Shown: piece by piece, positions 37,163-50,638 of the stretch
How the letters are laid out: every line of letters starts with the position of its first letter
How positions within the stretch are numbered: the stretch's first letter is position 1
Program-made: the position numbers and the translations under genes
NCBI GenBank assembly: GCA_000934665.2
Contig: JYFJ02009209.1
Location: 124,001 to 180,991, forward strand
Length of the DNA stretch: 56,991 nt
Source of the DNA: Catajapyx aquilonaris
Taxonomy: Eukaryota
Direction of reading: 5' to 3'
The notes under the pieces: model-generated
The model's input: the letters and a program-made list of their open reading frames with translations, nothing else
Databases searched by the model: none
What the model was told of the DNA's origin: nothing

Positions 37163-39252
37163 CTACATGTGGGCGACGTAGGTGACAGCAGTTGCCGTAC
37201 CTGGACGACCATTGGACGACACACTTCTCTCGGGTGCTGTCGGACACGTCGCGACACACTCGTCGTACGTCGGCAAATCTGCAACGAAACCCAATCAGTA
37301 TTGCGGTACCAGGTCCACTATATGTAACCTCACCTTTGTCCGATGTCTCAGCCGAATTGACGAGCCGTACGTTGCTCAACGGATCGACCTCGACCAACGG
37401 TATGTTTCCGATCATGACAGGTATGCTGACCTTCAGGTCAGCGGAGAACATCGGTGTCTTCGCTTTGACCTGCAATGATACATGTACTGCCAGGCACCGG
37501 TACAGTACACAAACCGCATACCTCGACGTGGTACGCCACATCAATCACATTGCAGTCGTCCTGTCCCAACTTGGTGGGCGGTACCAACGGTACGGACAAC
37601 AACGGTTGTCTGAACCACACTTGTCGTCCTTCGGTATGTATGCTCCCTCGTCTGACTCGTCCCAACTTGCGTCTCTCCACCTTGGTCTGGTTGGGTGTCC
37701 GGTACGTCACTGTCTGCAGGAAGGTGGCCACCACTTCGGACACTGTCCGACCACTCTTGTTGCTCACGTCTGCGTCCAGAAGTATGGTCTCTCCTGGGAC
37801 AAACCCGCTCTTGAGCAACGTAGCTTCGATGTGGATCGGTCCAGATCGACACCACAGACAACACAGGCTCTTGTTGGCCTCACCAGACGGAAGTATCTGT
37901 GGAAAACGGGAACGTGCCGGAACGATCCGGGCAACAGGATCGATCAGCGTCACCGGTCAACGCCGATGAATAAGTAACGATGCACGCAGCACATTTCGTA
38001 GAAAGGATTCGTCGTGATGGCCGCATGAATTATTGAGAGACAATACGCGGATCAGATTTTTCAAGAGCATAGATACTGACCCTGTTCTGAAGGTCACGGT
38101 TGAGGTCGACGATGGCCGAGACGATGAAAGGCTCGTAGGAGACGTGGTCGTACAGCCATGACCGTACTATTTTGGCAGCGGCCGTGTACCGCACGTGTCC
38201 GTGTGTACCTTCGAACGACGAAGGCAGTCTCTTTGGCAGGATGAACGAGAATGGAAAGTTGTGCAGACCTTCCGCCAGTATCTTCTCTGCAACATATAAT
38301 GATTGTCATCCTATTATAGTTTGTACAGCGAAACCAACAATGTAGATGTCCGGTACCTCCTGACAAGCATGTGGTGGTACTCAGATACGTTTCTTCCGAA
38401 CTGTACACACGGCTCTTGTTTATCGCACTTGCTTCGGACCATTGCACTCGACCTTTCCCCTCAAGTTCCACATGTACACCTGAAAAAATTGCAGAATAAT
38501 GTCATTTCCAGTATGAAATTTGGCAACACTGCCTACACTTGGACGTACTTGTAGTACGATATGCCACAAACATACAGCATCCGCTCTCTCTGTACACTAC
38601 TGCCACTCCACGGGAAAAAAGTGGTAACTACATGCACGTTGGTGATGAGTCAACGAGTGGAGGGGCAGAGTCACGCATAGCCAATTCTAGATATGAAATT
38701 TGGCAACGCTGCCCGGCCCACACTTTGTATAGTGTACAATATTCCGCAACCAGATGGCTCTCATCCTCCCTCTCTGCACACTAATGCCACTCTATGGGGA
38801 AAAGTGGTAACTACGTGCACGTTGGTGATGAGTCAACGCCAATTTTATATATAAGTCGAATGCTGTTCCGTATGTTTGTTTTGCAAGTCACTATCTCTCT
38901 GTGCACTACTGCCACGACTCTACGGATAAAGTAACTACATGCACGTTGGTGATGAGTCAACGCGTGTGGGGACAAAGTTGCGTCTAGCCAATTATTACAG
39001 AGGTACAAAGCCAATCCTACAAAATATGATATGTCGAATGATGTTCCGGATGTTTGTTTTGCAAGTGACTATTTTTATACTATAGAGAGGTGCACGACCT
39101 CTTGAATAATAATGCATTGTTGATATTTGCTTACCTTTAGTCTTTTTAGGTTTGTCCAGTACGATCGTAACCGTACCGGAAATGATGCTGGTGGGGAAGT
39201 ACACCGTACCGAACGGATGGTCCAAACTGACGGTGAAGTTCTTGAGCCCCAT
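37163..39252 (-). CDS. Alpha-arrestin gene A13
   Basis: Motifs MGLKNFTVSLDHPFGTVYFP, LPSSFEGTHGHVRY, CCLWC, KSGFVPGE and PVMIGNIP; terminal exon LPTYDEC...AHM*. Confidence 0.88.
38513..38992. repeat. Tandem partial copies of repeat family X in A13 intron 1
   Basis: Three blocks share TGCACGTTGGTGATGAGTCAACG, and two begin AAATTTGGCAAC, as in 14168-14385. Confidence 0.7.
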
Positions 39253-39924
39253 GTGCACACCTTTGAATGACTCTTCTCCCAGAAACAACCTCCTTCGTAT
39301 ATCACAAGGCCGTCATTATAGTCCTTAGCTACCAAGAGGTGTATATCCTCAAGTGTTATAGTCGCGTGCCGACCTTGCGCTCATTTTCGCCGGGGACGAA
39401 AAACTTCAATGCCAATCGACCAATTTGCGGTGCTTATACTTCCTTTTTGGCCTGTTGGCATTTCCCAAAATAATTTTAGAAGAGAAAGAAAGAGGAAAAA
39501 AAAGCACTTGCCCGGATCCTATTATACGGCGGAAAATTTGGTACCAACCTATGTTTCACACGGAGAATAAAAAAGGTCAGAAGGTATACGGAGAGACCTT
39601 GTCGCATCGACCCCCCGCTGCTGTATACAAAGTGACGTGGACAATGTGCAATGCACGCACTCTATTGTGTGTACAATGTGCTCGATACCAAAATGCGCAG
39701 ACTTGACTGGCCAATATATTGGATTGTCATCTTGCAAAACTTCAGACAGGATAATAACAGTCATAAAGATTACTTATTGAAAGCATGACGTCACGTTTCG
39801 GACGTGTTACGCGCTTTTTTTTGACATTTGCTACTTCATACTATTCCAAGTTGTTGACTCCAGCAACTTGTTGCTAAGGGCTGGTTACATAAACTCGTGA
39901 CTACGTCACTCTAAAGTCTAAACG

Positions 39925-40340
39925 CTTTGGCTCATCACCAACGTGCATGTAGTTAGCACTTTTCCCGTGGAGTGGCAGTAGTGCGTCCCTACAGACGTTG
40001 GCTCATCACCAACGTGCGTGCAGTTAGCACTTTTTCCGTGGAGTGGCAGTAGTGTCCCTACTCATCACCAACGTGCATCTAGTTAGCACTTTTCCCGTGG
40101 AGTGGCAGTAGTGTCCGTACAGACGTTGGCTCATCACCAACGTGCATCTAGTTATAGCGCTTTCACCGTGGAGTGGCAGTAGTGTCCGTACAGGCGTTGG
40201 CTCATCACCAACGTGCATGTAGTTATCGCTTTCACCGTGGAGTGGCAGTAGTGTGCAGAGAGGGTGGATGCGCTCTAGTAGTGGCATATCGTACTACGTA
40301 TCCTAGTCCGGGCCGGGCAGTGTTGACAAATTTTGGCAAC
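39925..40340. repeat. Repeat family X copy with an internal tandem array (5 units of ~60-70 bp)
   Basis: The unit CTCATCACCAACGTGCATGTAGTTA...CCGTGGAGTGGCAGTAGTG occurs five times, followed by the family-X end GGCAGTGTTGACAAATTTTGGCAAC. Confidence 0.75.
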
Positions 40341-40807
40341 GTGTTCACCGCCGGTTAAGAAAAAATGCTGATTAAATCGGATGTACAAGTGCGTACTTTT
40401 TTTTGCAATATTTTTTTAAAAAATAAATAAAATTGTACTCGTGCACAACATGCATAATAAGAGTGTAATTAGGGCAGATCCCGATACGCACTTTGCATAT
40501 ACATAGTGTGGGCGGAAATAGAAACGAGGTGTGGGAGGGGGAGCTGATGAGTAACGTAATGATGTAATTGAGAATTGGTGGTACGTGACAAAGTAATCGC
40601 GTCAGGATGTTACGATGCTGCGCTAGGCGTCAAGCAACACTGTGCTCGTCGACACATAAATATCAACAACAAGTAGAGCCTACCTGCTGCATTGCTTGAA
40701 GCGGACTTATCACAACACATGACATTACAGTACGCCCCAGTCTGACAGGTCAGTTTGCCACCTTGGCGGGTTTACCTTTGGTGTTGTTTTTATTATGTAA
40801 AGTTATT

Positions 40808-40936
40808 GGTCCGTATTCAGAGTCAACAACAAGAACTTAGTGCAGTGCTTTAAACCACGTGACCCAGTTCACTAAGAAAAGTCGCATTCAGAGTCGCGCT
40901 TTAGGCCTAGTTCGGGCCTAGTGCGGACTTAGTGCG
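40808..40936. mobile_element. Truncated copy of the 10282-10477 MITE
   Basis: Near-identical to 10283-10410, with one TIR only. Confidence 0.7.
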
Positions 40937-41671
40937 ATCCTGCTAAAGCGGTGCACTAAGGCAAAACTATAGCTCTAGTTAATTAGTCGAGTTGCACAAT
41001 TTTGTACGGGGATGTTAACTGTCGGTTGAAGCGAAAGCTCATTGCACCCTTTTGTCCCGCGCAATAAGTTCAATTGCACTGTATTTATTCTGGAAAAAGC
41101 GCCAGCATTGTTGCCAACAGCTAATTGCTGCCAACTCGTCACGTAAATACGTCATATTTCCCCCTCACACACGTGACAATTGCGTAACTCTCTCACACCC
41201 TGTGGCATGCATGATTCATCCTCCAAATTTTCTGGCCCGTACTTGCAGTACAGTGTACATTTGCAGTACAAAAAGGTACTTCAAGTGCACTGTTCGAAAT
41301 CAAGGTCCCCAACAGCACAGGCCTGATGTTCGAATTTGATTCAAGGTCCCCAACAGCAACTATTGCGATCGTTGGTATCCAGGGAAACGATACCATCGCA
41401 GGTCAACCAACTGGGATTGCCAGAGTTCGACTTAACTCTTCTTCTTTCCCCCTCGACGCTGCGAACACCCTAGTTGTCCTCTGCCCCGAGGCGGCCCCCC
41501 CCCAGCACCACAACAGAGAGCAGCCCCTGGGCAACAACAAGAGTCGCACGCACATCAGGTAACTGGTGGGGTGGCTAACCCAGCAGATCAATACCTACCC
41601 AAAAAGGGGCGTGGCTTACATTTTTTTAAAAATATTTCCTGTGGATGACCCCCCTCCTTTTCCAAACAGTC

Positions 41672-44474
41672 ATGGGCCAGACCCTGAGCGAGCCAGTGAC
41701 CGCCAAGGAGTCGGCCAGCTGCCAGGACTCCAGGCTGAAGGTGGGGTCCAGCAGCATGCAGGGCTGGAGGGTCAGCATGGAGGACGCGCACACGCACCTG
41801 CTCAGCCTCCCCGAAGACCCAGGGACCTCCTTCTTCGGGGTGTTCGACGGGCACGGAGGTAACCGCTAAAGCAGTACAGACGGAAACCACCGCAATGGAC
41901 ACCATTGTTATCGTGGCCTGGGGTCGATCCTCAAAAAATGAGTTGTTACAATTGCGGCGTACCAGTTTTCTTTTTAAAAAAGGCCACCATCAACAAGGGG
42001 TGTTGCACAAATACATGCCGCAATTGTCTTAAAATGTCATTGGGTATTCTGCGGTCCCATGGGGAAAAAGGCCGTATCTGCAAAACCGTTAGAGTCGACT
42101 TTCCTACTGTAGAGCACTGGCAAGTCGACTCGGTTTTGCAGATACGGGCTTTTTCGGTGGGACCCCACTATTAATTGCGTATGTAACTGAACTGCGGAAA
42201 CATTTTGCAGATAAGGCCTTTTTCGGTGGGACGGCACTATTGCGTGCATAACTGAACTGCGGAAACATTTTGCAGATACAGCCTTTTTCGGTGGGACGGC
42301 ACTATTAATTGCGTGCGTAAGTGAACTGCGGAAACATTTTGCAGATACGCCCTTTTTTGGTGGGACGGCCCTATTGCGTACGTAACTGAACTGCGGAAAC
42401 ATTTTGCAGATACCGCCTTTTTCGGTGGGACGGCACTATTGCGTGCGTAACTGAACTGCGGAAACATTTTGCAGATACAGCCTTTTTCGGTGGGACGGCA
42501 CTATTAATTGCGTGCATAACTGAACTGCGGAAACATTTTGCAGATTCGGCCTTTTTCGGTGGGACGGCACTATTAATTGCGTACGTAACTGAACTGCGGA
42601 AACATTTTGCAGATACGGCCTTTTCCGGTGGGACGGCACTATTAATTGCGTACGTAACTGAACTGCGGAATCATTTGGACGTAAAATTGTCATCATTTTT
42701 TTTTTGTTGCTCATTTTACAACCAGCGGACTTTTTGATCTCATTGTTTTCGAGGCGTGTTGACATTCATTAGGAAGCCTTTTTTCTCTGGCGATGATCAT
42801 CCGCAACACGGATACAGTCGCAATATTTAGTTAAGATTGCATCGTGGCCGTAGTTAATTGTGCTGTCGCCAATGTGGCTGCGTTGGAAGGGTCGACAACA
42901 ATGGTTCAGTCGGTGACGTTTTAAGGCGGCGAGGGTCCTTCCCAGGAACTATCAAAGGCCCGTTAAATACGGGAGGTTTCATGGGCGTTTTAATTTTATA
43001 GGGGTTTGACATGCCACGCATGCGATGCCGACCTTTTGATTAGTGTAACTAACCTTTTCCCGCTTGACATGACCGCCGTTTGTCAGGCGGATTTTTTTTA
43101 AAAAAAATCCCTGAAAATGTCGAGGCTGATGCAATACGTTTGTTGCGACGCACAAAGATTGATTTGTGCTGAACATGTGATGCCAACGTTTTGTTAATTT
43201 TTTTGATCCTTCCTTTCGTGTCGGTACTTGGAGCAGGAGCCAAAATACGTCATTACTTGCAGTTACGTAACTCTGGCACTTGGTGCTGCATGCCATTTCA
43301 TTAGATCTCATAACCATGCTCATAACAAGTGCTGAGTGGAAGAAATTTTGATTACGCCGCTATGGTCGCCTGGTCGCAAAATTTTTAAGCTGTTTTTTTC
43401 AGCACATGCTCATACTTGCGTGAAAATTTGGCAGCACTTGCCCAATGTGTCTGATTGAACCTTCAATTATTTCCAGGTGCACGTGTGGCTCAATATGCAG
43501 GTCGTCACCTCCACAAGTACGTGGTCCGGAGGCCGGAGTATCAGAGAGGCGACGTAGATGAGGCCATCCGCCAGGGTTATCTCGAGATGGACCAGGCCAT
43601 GCGGGACGACGAGGAGCTTAGGGACGAGCTAGCAGGATCGACCGCCATAATCACGCTGCTTAAAGGAAGCAAGCTCTACTGTGTGAGTGGCTACGAGAGC
43701 CGCAAGTCCGTCTGAAAAATTGTGACGCTTTTTTAACCTTTCTTTCGTTTTGATAGGGCAACGTGGGTGATTCGAGGGCGGTGGCAAGCGTGAACGGTAA
43801 GGCCATCGCTTTGTCGCACGACCACAAGCCAAACAACGATGAGGAGGCGAAGAGGATCCAGGCCGCGGGAGGTTGGGTCGAGCTCAACAGAGTGAACGGA
43901 AACCTAGCCCTATCGAGAGCTCTCGGAGACTTTGTGTTCAAGCGGAACTCGGCGTTGCTGCCCGAGGAGCAGATCATTACAGGTTAGATCGGACTTCGAC
44001 GTGAATATATTTGTGGGCTAATGTCGGGCGAATGTCGGGCTAATGTCGGGGCGTTATTTCAGCTATGCCAGACGTACAAACGTTCCAGGTGGACGACTCT
44101 TGGGAGTTTGTTCTCCTGGCCTGCGATGGAATTTGGGATGTTATGACAAATCAGGTGCGTCTCGGGTGAGTCGACCGTTCCCTGCGGATTTTTAAAACCG
44201 TTTTGATTTCCAGGAAGTAGTTGACTTCATCCGTCTTCGCCTTGCGGGCGGAATGGAGCCGGAGGTAGCCTGCGAGGAATTGATGCAGCTCTGCCTCGCT
44301 CCGGACACGCAAATGGGAGGACTCGGATGCGACAACATGACCGTGGTGGTGGTCTGCTTCCTGAACGGACAACCCACCTCGCAGCTCTCCGTCCGATGCA
44401 ACCAAGCCAGGGAGCAGGACAGTAGCAACGGATCGTCAGACGGAGAGGCTGGGGACGGAGGGGGAGTGAAGTAG
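41672..44474 (+). CDS. Protein phosphatase 2C (PPM family; Ptc2/3- or T23F11.1-like), 5 exons
   Basis: Motifs [64 protein letters not shown] and GCDNMT. Approximate exons: 41672-41858, 43478-43682, 43757-43982, 44063-44153, 44214-44474. Confidence 0.95.
42053..42670. repeat. Hairpin followed by a 65/69-bp minisatellite (~8 copies) in PP2C intron 1
   Basis: Unit TGCGTACGTAACTGAACTGCGGAAACATTTTGCAGATACGGCCTTTTTCGGTGGGACGGCACTAT(TAAT). An inverted copy of part of the unit lies at 42053-42101. Confidence 0.88.
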
Positions 44475-44709
44475 AGAAGTTACGAGTTTCAGGGGGACTT
44501 GGGGAAGTGAAAAGGGCCAGGGGAAGGGTTGGGGAGGGGGACTAGTCATCCACTCATATCAAAGTGGGGGATTCTTTTCAAATGGGGAAGGGAAGGGGGG
44601 AAGGGGGTTTGTACAGTGTGGTAGGATTACTTTTTTCTTTTGATATGTACTTAGAGGGCTGTACAAATTGAACAGGAGTAAAAGAGTTCAAAAGTTTTTA
44701 AATGCGGTT

Positions 44710-45798
44710 TTATTCAAACGGGGATATTGGGATTGTGCCTATTACGATCGGAATCTTGATGGTTAGGTTGCGGTTGTACGCACCCGGGTCTACGGTCAGC
44801 TGCAAATGGAAAAGTGTGGTTACCGTTTGTGTATGAGCTACGTACCGTTTGTTACCTTCACGTAATACTGTACGTCTATGATTGTGCAGCCTTTTCCGAG
44901 GTTTGTAGGAGCAAGCGATGGCGGAATCTCCAGTATTGGTTCCGCCCACACTCGGGCTTCACCCGATGCTGGAAGCTCACCTGGAAGCGCTCCTTTTACG
45001 ACTGGGCTGGTTCGTTTCACCTTATGGCAAGTTGTCGTGAAGTAAACTTGCTGGGGAAATACAGCTTGTAAGTGACGTTTTTTTGCATCATTTTTATGAA
45101 AACTTGCCTGGTGCAACGCTATTGTTGCGGATGAAATTGGACCGCTGCTCTGGTTGGTGATCTCGATTTTCATTTGGAAGTTCTCGCCAGGAACAAGTCC
45201 GGTTCGAGGGAGGCTTAGTCGAACGTGGATGTATCCGGAGCGGCATATGCAGTAGTTCATTGTACGATCATCTTCTTGTCCAAGCTGTGATTGCATTCGC
45301 TTATAGTTCACTTATTGTTAACTTGCAACATTTTTTCAGACTCACCGCAAGTCTTGGATGTGCGTTGAGATCGGAGCGGGCTACTACAAAGAAGGTCTTG
45401 CGGACTGTCACGTTCTTCAGTGTATGCAGAATATGAGCTACAAGTTCATAGTGCACCTGGCCCTTCGACCCGTAAAATGAACTGGGAAGGTTGCATGGAA
45501 GTTGGATAGCAAAGTGCAATGTGTTTTCTCTGACGGCCAAATCCTCCAGCGGTCCCGATTCGGATCCGAGCAGCCAGATGCGGTGGTTCAGGTAGCTCTC
45601 GCTGGAGGATTGGCCGTGAGCACGCCGTCTCCAGAGGGTCACTTTTCCTTCACCTTTGACCTCCAGGTACACGCCTCTAATGCGCTGGTTTGGCGCAAGT
45701 CCCAAGTAGAGCTGTCCCGATAAAACCGATCCCGCCATGAAGTACGGGTTGGTCGAATCTAGCTGGATCCACACCACCGTTTGACTCATGGCTGCCAT
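44710..45798 (-). CDS. Alpha-arrestin gene A14 (intron-poor, no PY tail)
   Basis: Motifs MAAMSQTVVWIQLD, LPSSFYGSKGQVHY, YCIC, RTGLVPGE and PIVIGTIPISPFE*. The N-domain is encoded by a single exon. Confidence 0.85.
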
Positions 45799-45933
45799 CT
45801 TCGGCCAAACGATATCAAGCACAATTGAAAGAAAAAAGTGTGCATACCTCTGACGCTCCACTTTATCTAATCAGGTTACTGCCTAATCATAAGCCGAAAG
45901 TGGGTGAATCAACATGTTTATTTAACGAAGCAA

Positions 45934-47286
45934 CTACGCTGACGGAACGTATGTTGGGTAACGAGGAGCGTAGTGTGTCGTACCAGCGATGGCCTCGCTT
46001 TCGCCTTCCTCGCGAATGCTGCGTGCACCGAATACGCACTCTTCGTAACTGGGTGGAGCTGCAATGTACAGACGATATAACGAGTGCGCCATCGCAACGT
46101 GAAATACGTACGCAGTTCGGGATACTCGCTAACTGGCACCGCAGTGTGCACCGAGACTTCTGACTGGGTCGAATCCTGCCGTAAATACGGGAAAGCATCG
46201 CTGACTGGAATTGTTCCGATGACCAGCGGAAAACTAAGGGTCAGGTCGCTTGCTGGTCCGCTCGGATCCACAACCAACTATGGGAAAAATAATACATTTC
46301 AGTAAACATTAATTATTTTTCAGCCTGCTTACATCGAATGTGTAGAGGACGTCGATGACCCTGCAGCCTCCGAGATGTGTTGGCGGCAAGGGAGGCACCG
46401 GAAGAGCCTCGTCCGTCCATCGTCTTCCAGCCTTGGCGTCCACGCCCTCCAGACGCATCCCCGCGACCTGCCGGATGTCGGTCCTGGTTCTCCTATGGGC
46501 TCGGAACAGGATATGCTGCTGCAGCTCCGCCTTCAAGCAAGCGATGTTGCGATTGCTCTGGTTGTCAATAAACACTTTGAACTTGATCGATTCGCCTGGG
46601 ACGAATCCGCTCTTGTCGAGTTGCGCCGAGACGGTGATGGGCCCCGATTTACAACACCAGCAGCACAAATACTTGTGCGTCTCGCCCGACAACCCCAGCT
46701 ACCGTAATGAAAAAATGTTATTTGCCGTCATAATTATTGTCGTACTTAATATTCTCACCCTGGCAGTTGGATCCCTGTTGAGATCGACGATTGAGTTGAC
46801 AGTAAACGCAACCCTGGCCTCATGGTCGAACGCCCAAGGACGCTCGATCCTGGCTTTGATGGTGTAGCGAACGAATCCGTGCGGACCCTCGAAAGACGAC
46901 GGCAGCTTGTTTGGCAGCACGAACGTGAACGGAAAGCTGTGCTCGCCTGGAGCTAACTCGGCACTGCCAGCTGCGAAAGCGATATGTTTAACAACCATAA
47001 GCAATGAAAAGTACCGGTACGTACTTCCGCCATACAGCAGCACATTCGACTGAAAGAAGTCCTCCGATCCGCAGTAGTGAATGACCTCCGCCCTTCTCCT
47101 TGATGCTGCGTGTGACCTATGCATCTCCTTCCAGTGTACCCTCGCCTTACCCTGAAGCTCCAGGAAGACGCCCCGCATCTTCACGATATGGTTCAACAGG
47201 ATCAGAACCCTTCCGGTCACAGTCTGCCCCGGATAGTAGCATCCCAATGGACGATCCAAAATCACTTCGAAACGCTGGGGAGCCAT
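45934..47286 (-). CDS. Alpha-arrestin gene A15, canonical ARRDC type
   Basis: Motifs MAPQRFEVILDRPLGCYYPGQTVTG, LPSSFEGPHGFVRY, CCWCC, KSGFVPGE and PLVIGTIP; tail PPSYEECVFG...YAPRYPTY. Confidence 0.92.
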
Positions 47287-47672
47287 TTTTCCGGCCACCA
47301 ACAGGTGTTATGCTCTACTGAGGCGGAAGAATGAGGCCGAGTGACAGCTGCGCTATTGTTAGACAAGCAAGGTGTCGGCGATTATGAATATGTATGGCAA
47401 TGGAATCCATAAAGTGAGGTATAATAACACAGGTCGCTTCTCTGAAGGTGAGACGACAGTGAGAGCCGTTATCTCTCGCTTGTTCCGAGATATGATTACA
47501 CAAGCTGATACGGCTTATCAGGGATGTCTCAGAGTCGAACAAAGAAGCGCAATGAAATTACTTTCCTCGTAACGAGAAATAAAATAGTATGCAATATTCA
47601 TTTATTAATATCAGACCTTTTCCATGCAAAAAATATGTAGGTAATAATTGTTGCGGTTACAAAATTGAGCGT

Positions 47673-50263
47673 TCACTTCTTGGACTTGTGCTTGCAGATG
47701 CAGGCCATCAGATCCTGCACGTCGTCCTTCGATCCCAGGAAGATCGGACTACGCTGGTGAATATTAGTCGGCATCACGTCCAAAATGGGCTGGCAACCGT
47801 TAGTCGCCAAACCGCCAGCCTGGGTGATCACGTAGGCCATCGGGTTGCCTTCGTACAGCAAACGCAGCTGAAATAATCACCATAAATACATGTGTAACAT
47901 AAGTGGGTGAAGCGGAAATTACCTTTCCGTTTGGCGCATCCTTAGTCGCAGGGTACATGAAAATCCCTCCGTACTTCAAGGTGCGATGGACGTCCGCAAC
48001 CATTGAACCGACATACCGAGCTCCGTATGGTTTCCCCCCATTCTGTAAGAAACACATACTTAATTTTCCTGCAGTGTGTCGACGACGAAACGTACCGGCG
48101 GATTCTTGCAGTTCTCGACGTACTCGCGGACAGCAGGATCCCACAAGGAGTAGTATCCCTCGTTGATGCTGTAAATCTTTCCCCGTGGCTTCACCTTCAT
48201 GTTGGGCTCGGTCAGCACGAACTCGCCAATAGCCTGCATACAATATAGTAATTAGGTTACGTCCAGTACCTCTTACAGAACATGGTCATACCGGATCAAG
48301 CAGGAACCCGTTGACTCCTAAGGGCGTCGCAAGCACGAACATCGTCGCACTTCCATACAGAGCGTACCCAGCGGCCGCCAGTTTCGACCCAGGCTGAAGC
48401 GCATCGTCCAGTGTTGGCGGACCCGCACTCTGCTTGCGGTATATCGCAAAGATGGAACCGATCGACACGAGGCAGTCGATATTGGACGATCCATCCAGTG
48501 GGTCGAAGCAGACGACGTACTTCCCCTGCCGCTCAGTCTCAACCTCAATCGCCTTCTCATTCTCCTCCGACACCATCAGGCAAGTCGTGTACGAAGACCG
48601 CAACACATTAATGAACAGCTCGTTGGACAGGACGTCCAACTTCTTAACCTCCTCGCCCTGGACATTCGTCGAGCCCGCAACACCGAGCCTGAAACCAACA
48701 ATTGGACATGTTATAAAACAATCCTTACGCACGCCAATGTTGAGATTACGCTAAGTATTTCCTGGCCGTACATCAACCAGAGGGCTTACATGTCAAGGCC
48801 ATTCGCTTAAGCAGCATCGTACAGGAAGCCACAACTGATAATAACGTGCCGTGAACTTTCATGCTGATAACTACTTTCCTTAAAATTTGTTTTGGTGCGT
48901 ACTTGTCACATTTATTGCAAAACCTAGGTACACAACGTTGCTGACATGTTAGTCGACACGGCTGCATGTGAAGTGAGCCGGTTCTAGACCCGGTCCTCTT
49001 CCAGTCTGAATGCCTCCTTACCACTACTCATCTCTAGCTAGACTGTTGCAGACACTTTCAGTAGTTGTGTTAACATGCTTCTGTCCTGAACGGTTCATCT
49101 AAAGTGAGCCGGTTCTAGACCCGGTCCACTTCCATGTGAACCCCTCCAGTCTCTACCTAGACTGTTGCTGACAATTTTGGCAATTAATGTTAACGTATGT
49201 CCGCAACATTGGTAATTATGTTTTTGTCCGCAAATGTGAACCGTTGCGATAAAGTGATCCGGTTCTAGATCCAGTCCGCTTTCCAGTGTGAACGTCTCCA
49301 GTCTCTATCTAGACTGTTGCTGACAATTTTGGCAATTAATGTTAACTTATGTCCGCAAAATTGGTATTTATGTTTTTGTCCGCAAATGTGAACCATTGTG
49401 ACAAAGTGATCTTGTTCTAGACCCGGTCCACTTTCAAGTGTGAATACCTCCAGTCTCTATCTAGACTGTTGCGGACACTTTTTGGTACTTGCGTTAACAT
49501 GTTTCTGTCCGCAACGTTGGTAATTATGTTTCTGTCTGCAAAGTTGCGTCTAATCAGTAATGTGAACCATTGCGACAAAGTGATGCGGTTCTAGACCCGG
49601 TCCACTGTCAAGTGTGAATGCCTCCAATTCTCCATCTAGAGCCTAGACTGTTGCTGGTAATTGCGTTAACATGTTTCTGTCCGCAACGTCCCCGACACTT
49701 TTGGTAATAACGATGGTTTTGCCCACAACATTGCGACCCGGTTCTAGACCCGGTCCGCTTACCAGTGTGAATACCTCCAGTAGCTACACTGTTGCTGACG
49801 CTTTTGGTAATTGCATTTACATGTTTCTGTCCGCAACGTCCCCGACACTTTTGGTATAATAATTATGTTTTAGCCCACAACGTTGCGACCCGGTTCTAGA
49901 CCCGGTCCACTTTCAAGTGTGAATGCCTCCCATAGCTAGACTGTTGCTGACACAGGGGCAGTTGCGTTCACATTTTTTGTGTCTGCTGTCCGCAACGTTT
50001 GCTTCTGAAGGTGAGCCGGTTCCAGACCCGGTCCACTTTTTTTTATATTCCTCCCCATGATATCCTTACAGCTTGTTGATTCCGGCCTTCCTGACCGCGG
50101 AGGTGATGGCCTTGACCGCAGTCTGGATGCAGACCACGAGCTGGCTGAAGTCCCCGCTGGCCCCTGGGATCTTCTTCTGCTCCGCCAGGACGAACCGGGT
50201 CAGGGTCATGCAGTCGGTGTCGATGGGCTGACCCAAGCTCATTGCGCTGCTGTTGCCTGCCAT
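47673..50263 (-). CDS. fbp: Fructose-1,6-bisphosphatase (class I), 5 exons
   Basis: Motifs [66 protein letters not shown] and [11 protein letters not shown]. Confidence 0.96.
48970..50037. repeat. Degenerate tandem repeat (~8 units of ~120-175 bp) in FBPase intron 1
   Basis: The core GGTTCTAGACCCGGTCC recurs at about 48980, 49110, 49261, 49413, 49587, 49741, 49892 and 50018, usually followed by CTAGACTGTTGC. Confidence 0.82.
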
Positions 50264-50638
50264 ACCGAGTGTGTGTGTGTGTACTCTCTTCTACTTAAGT
50301 GTGCAAAGAGGACACGAGTGCGCACAGTTGAAGGATCTTTTCAAGGGCAAAATTTGATGAAAAGGCGCTGTTGCCACGTGTTTCAAACATGGCGCCACTA
50401 CTGTTGGCGCCATCTCCCGTCGGCGGTTGGCTACACTGTCGCCACCGAGTGTCGCGCCTCCAAGCGGCCCACTTCGGAACTAAGCTCAGTCTTCTGAAAA
50501 AGATGGCGTCCGTTGCTTGTTCGATTCCCGAGTCGGAAGAAGGCGGATCTGCCCGTCTCCTCTTCTGCAGCCTCCCGCCCAGCTAAAAGGACAGAAAGAG
50601 GGGTGATGGAGACATTGTGACACTTTGACACGGAAACC
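50264..50638. promoter_or_regulatory. Probable bidirectional promoter between FBPase and SMG5
   Basis: The head-to-head start codons are 375 bp apart. The region is GC-richer and has ATGGCG/CGCCAT (YY1-like) motifs. Confidence 0.5.

Noticed and set aside
37192..37977. Long plus-strand ORFs (also 31318-31947, 33898-34581 and 46355-46867)
   Set aside because: They are antisense shadows of GC-rich arrestin exons with no independent protein signature.
42170..42670. CRISPR-like regular repeats (also 39925-40260 and 50842-51104)
   Set aside because: The units are contiguous with no unique spacers, there are no cas genes, and the context is eukaryotic (intronic or intergenic).
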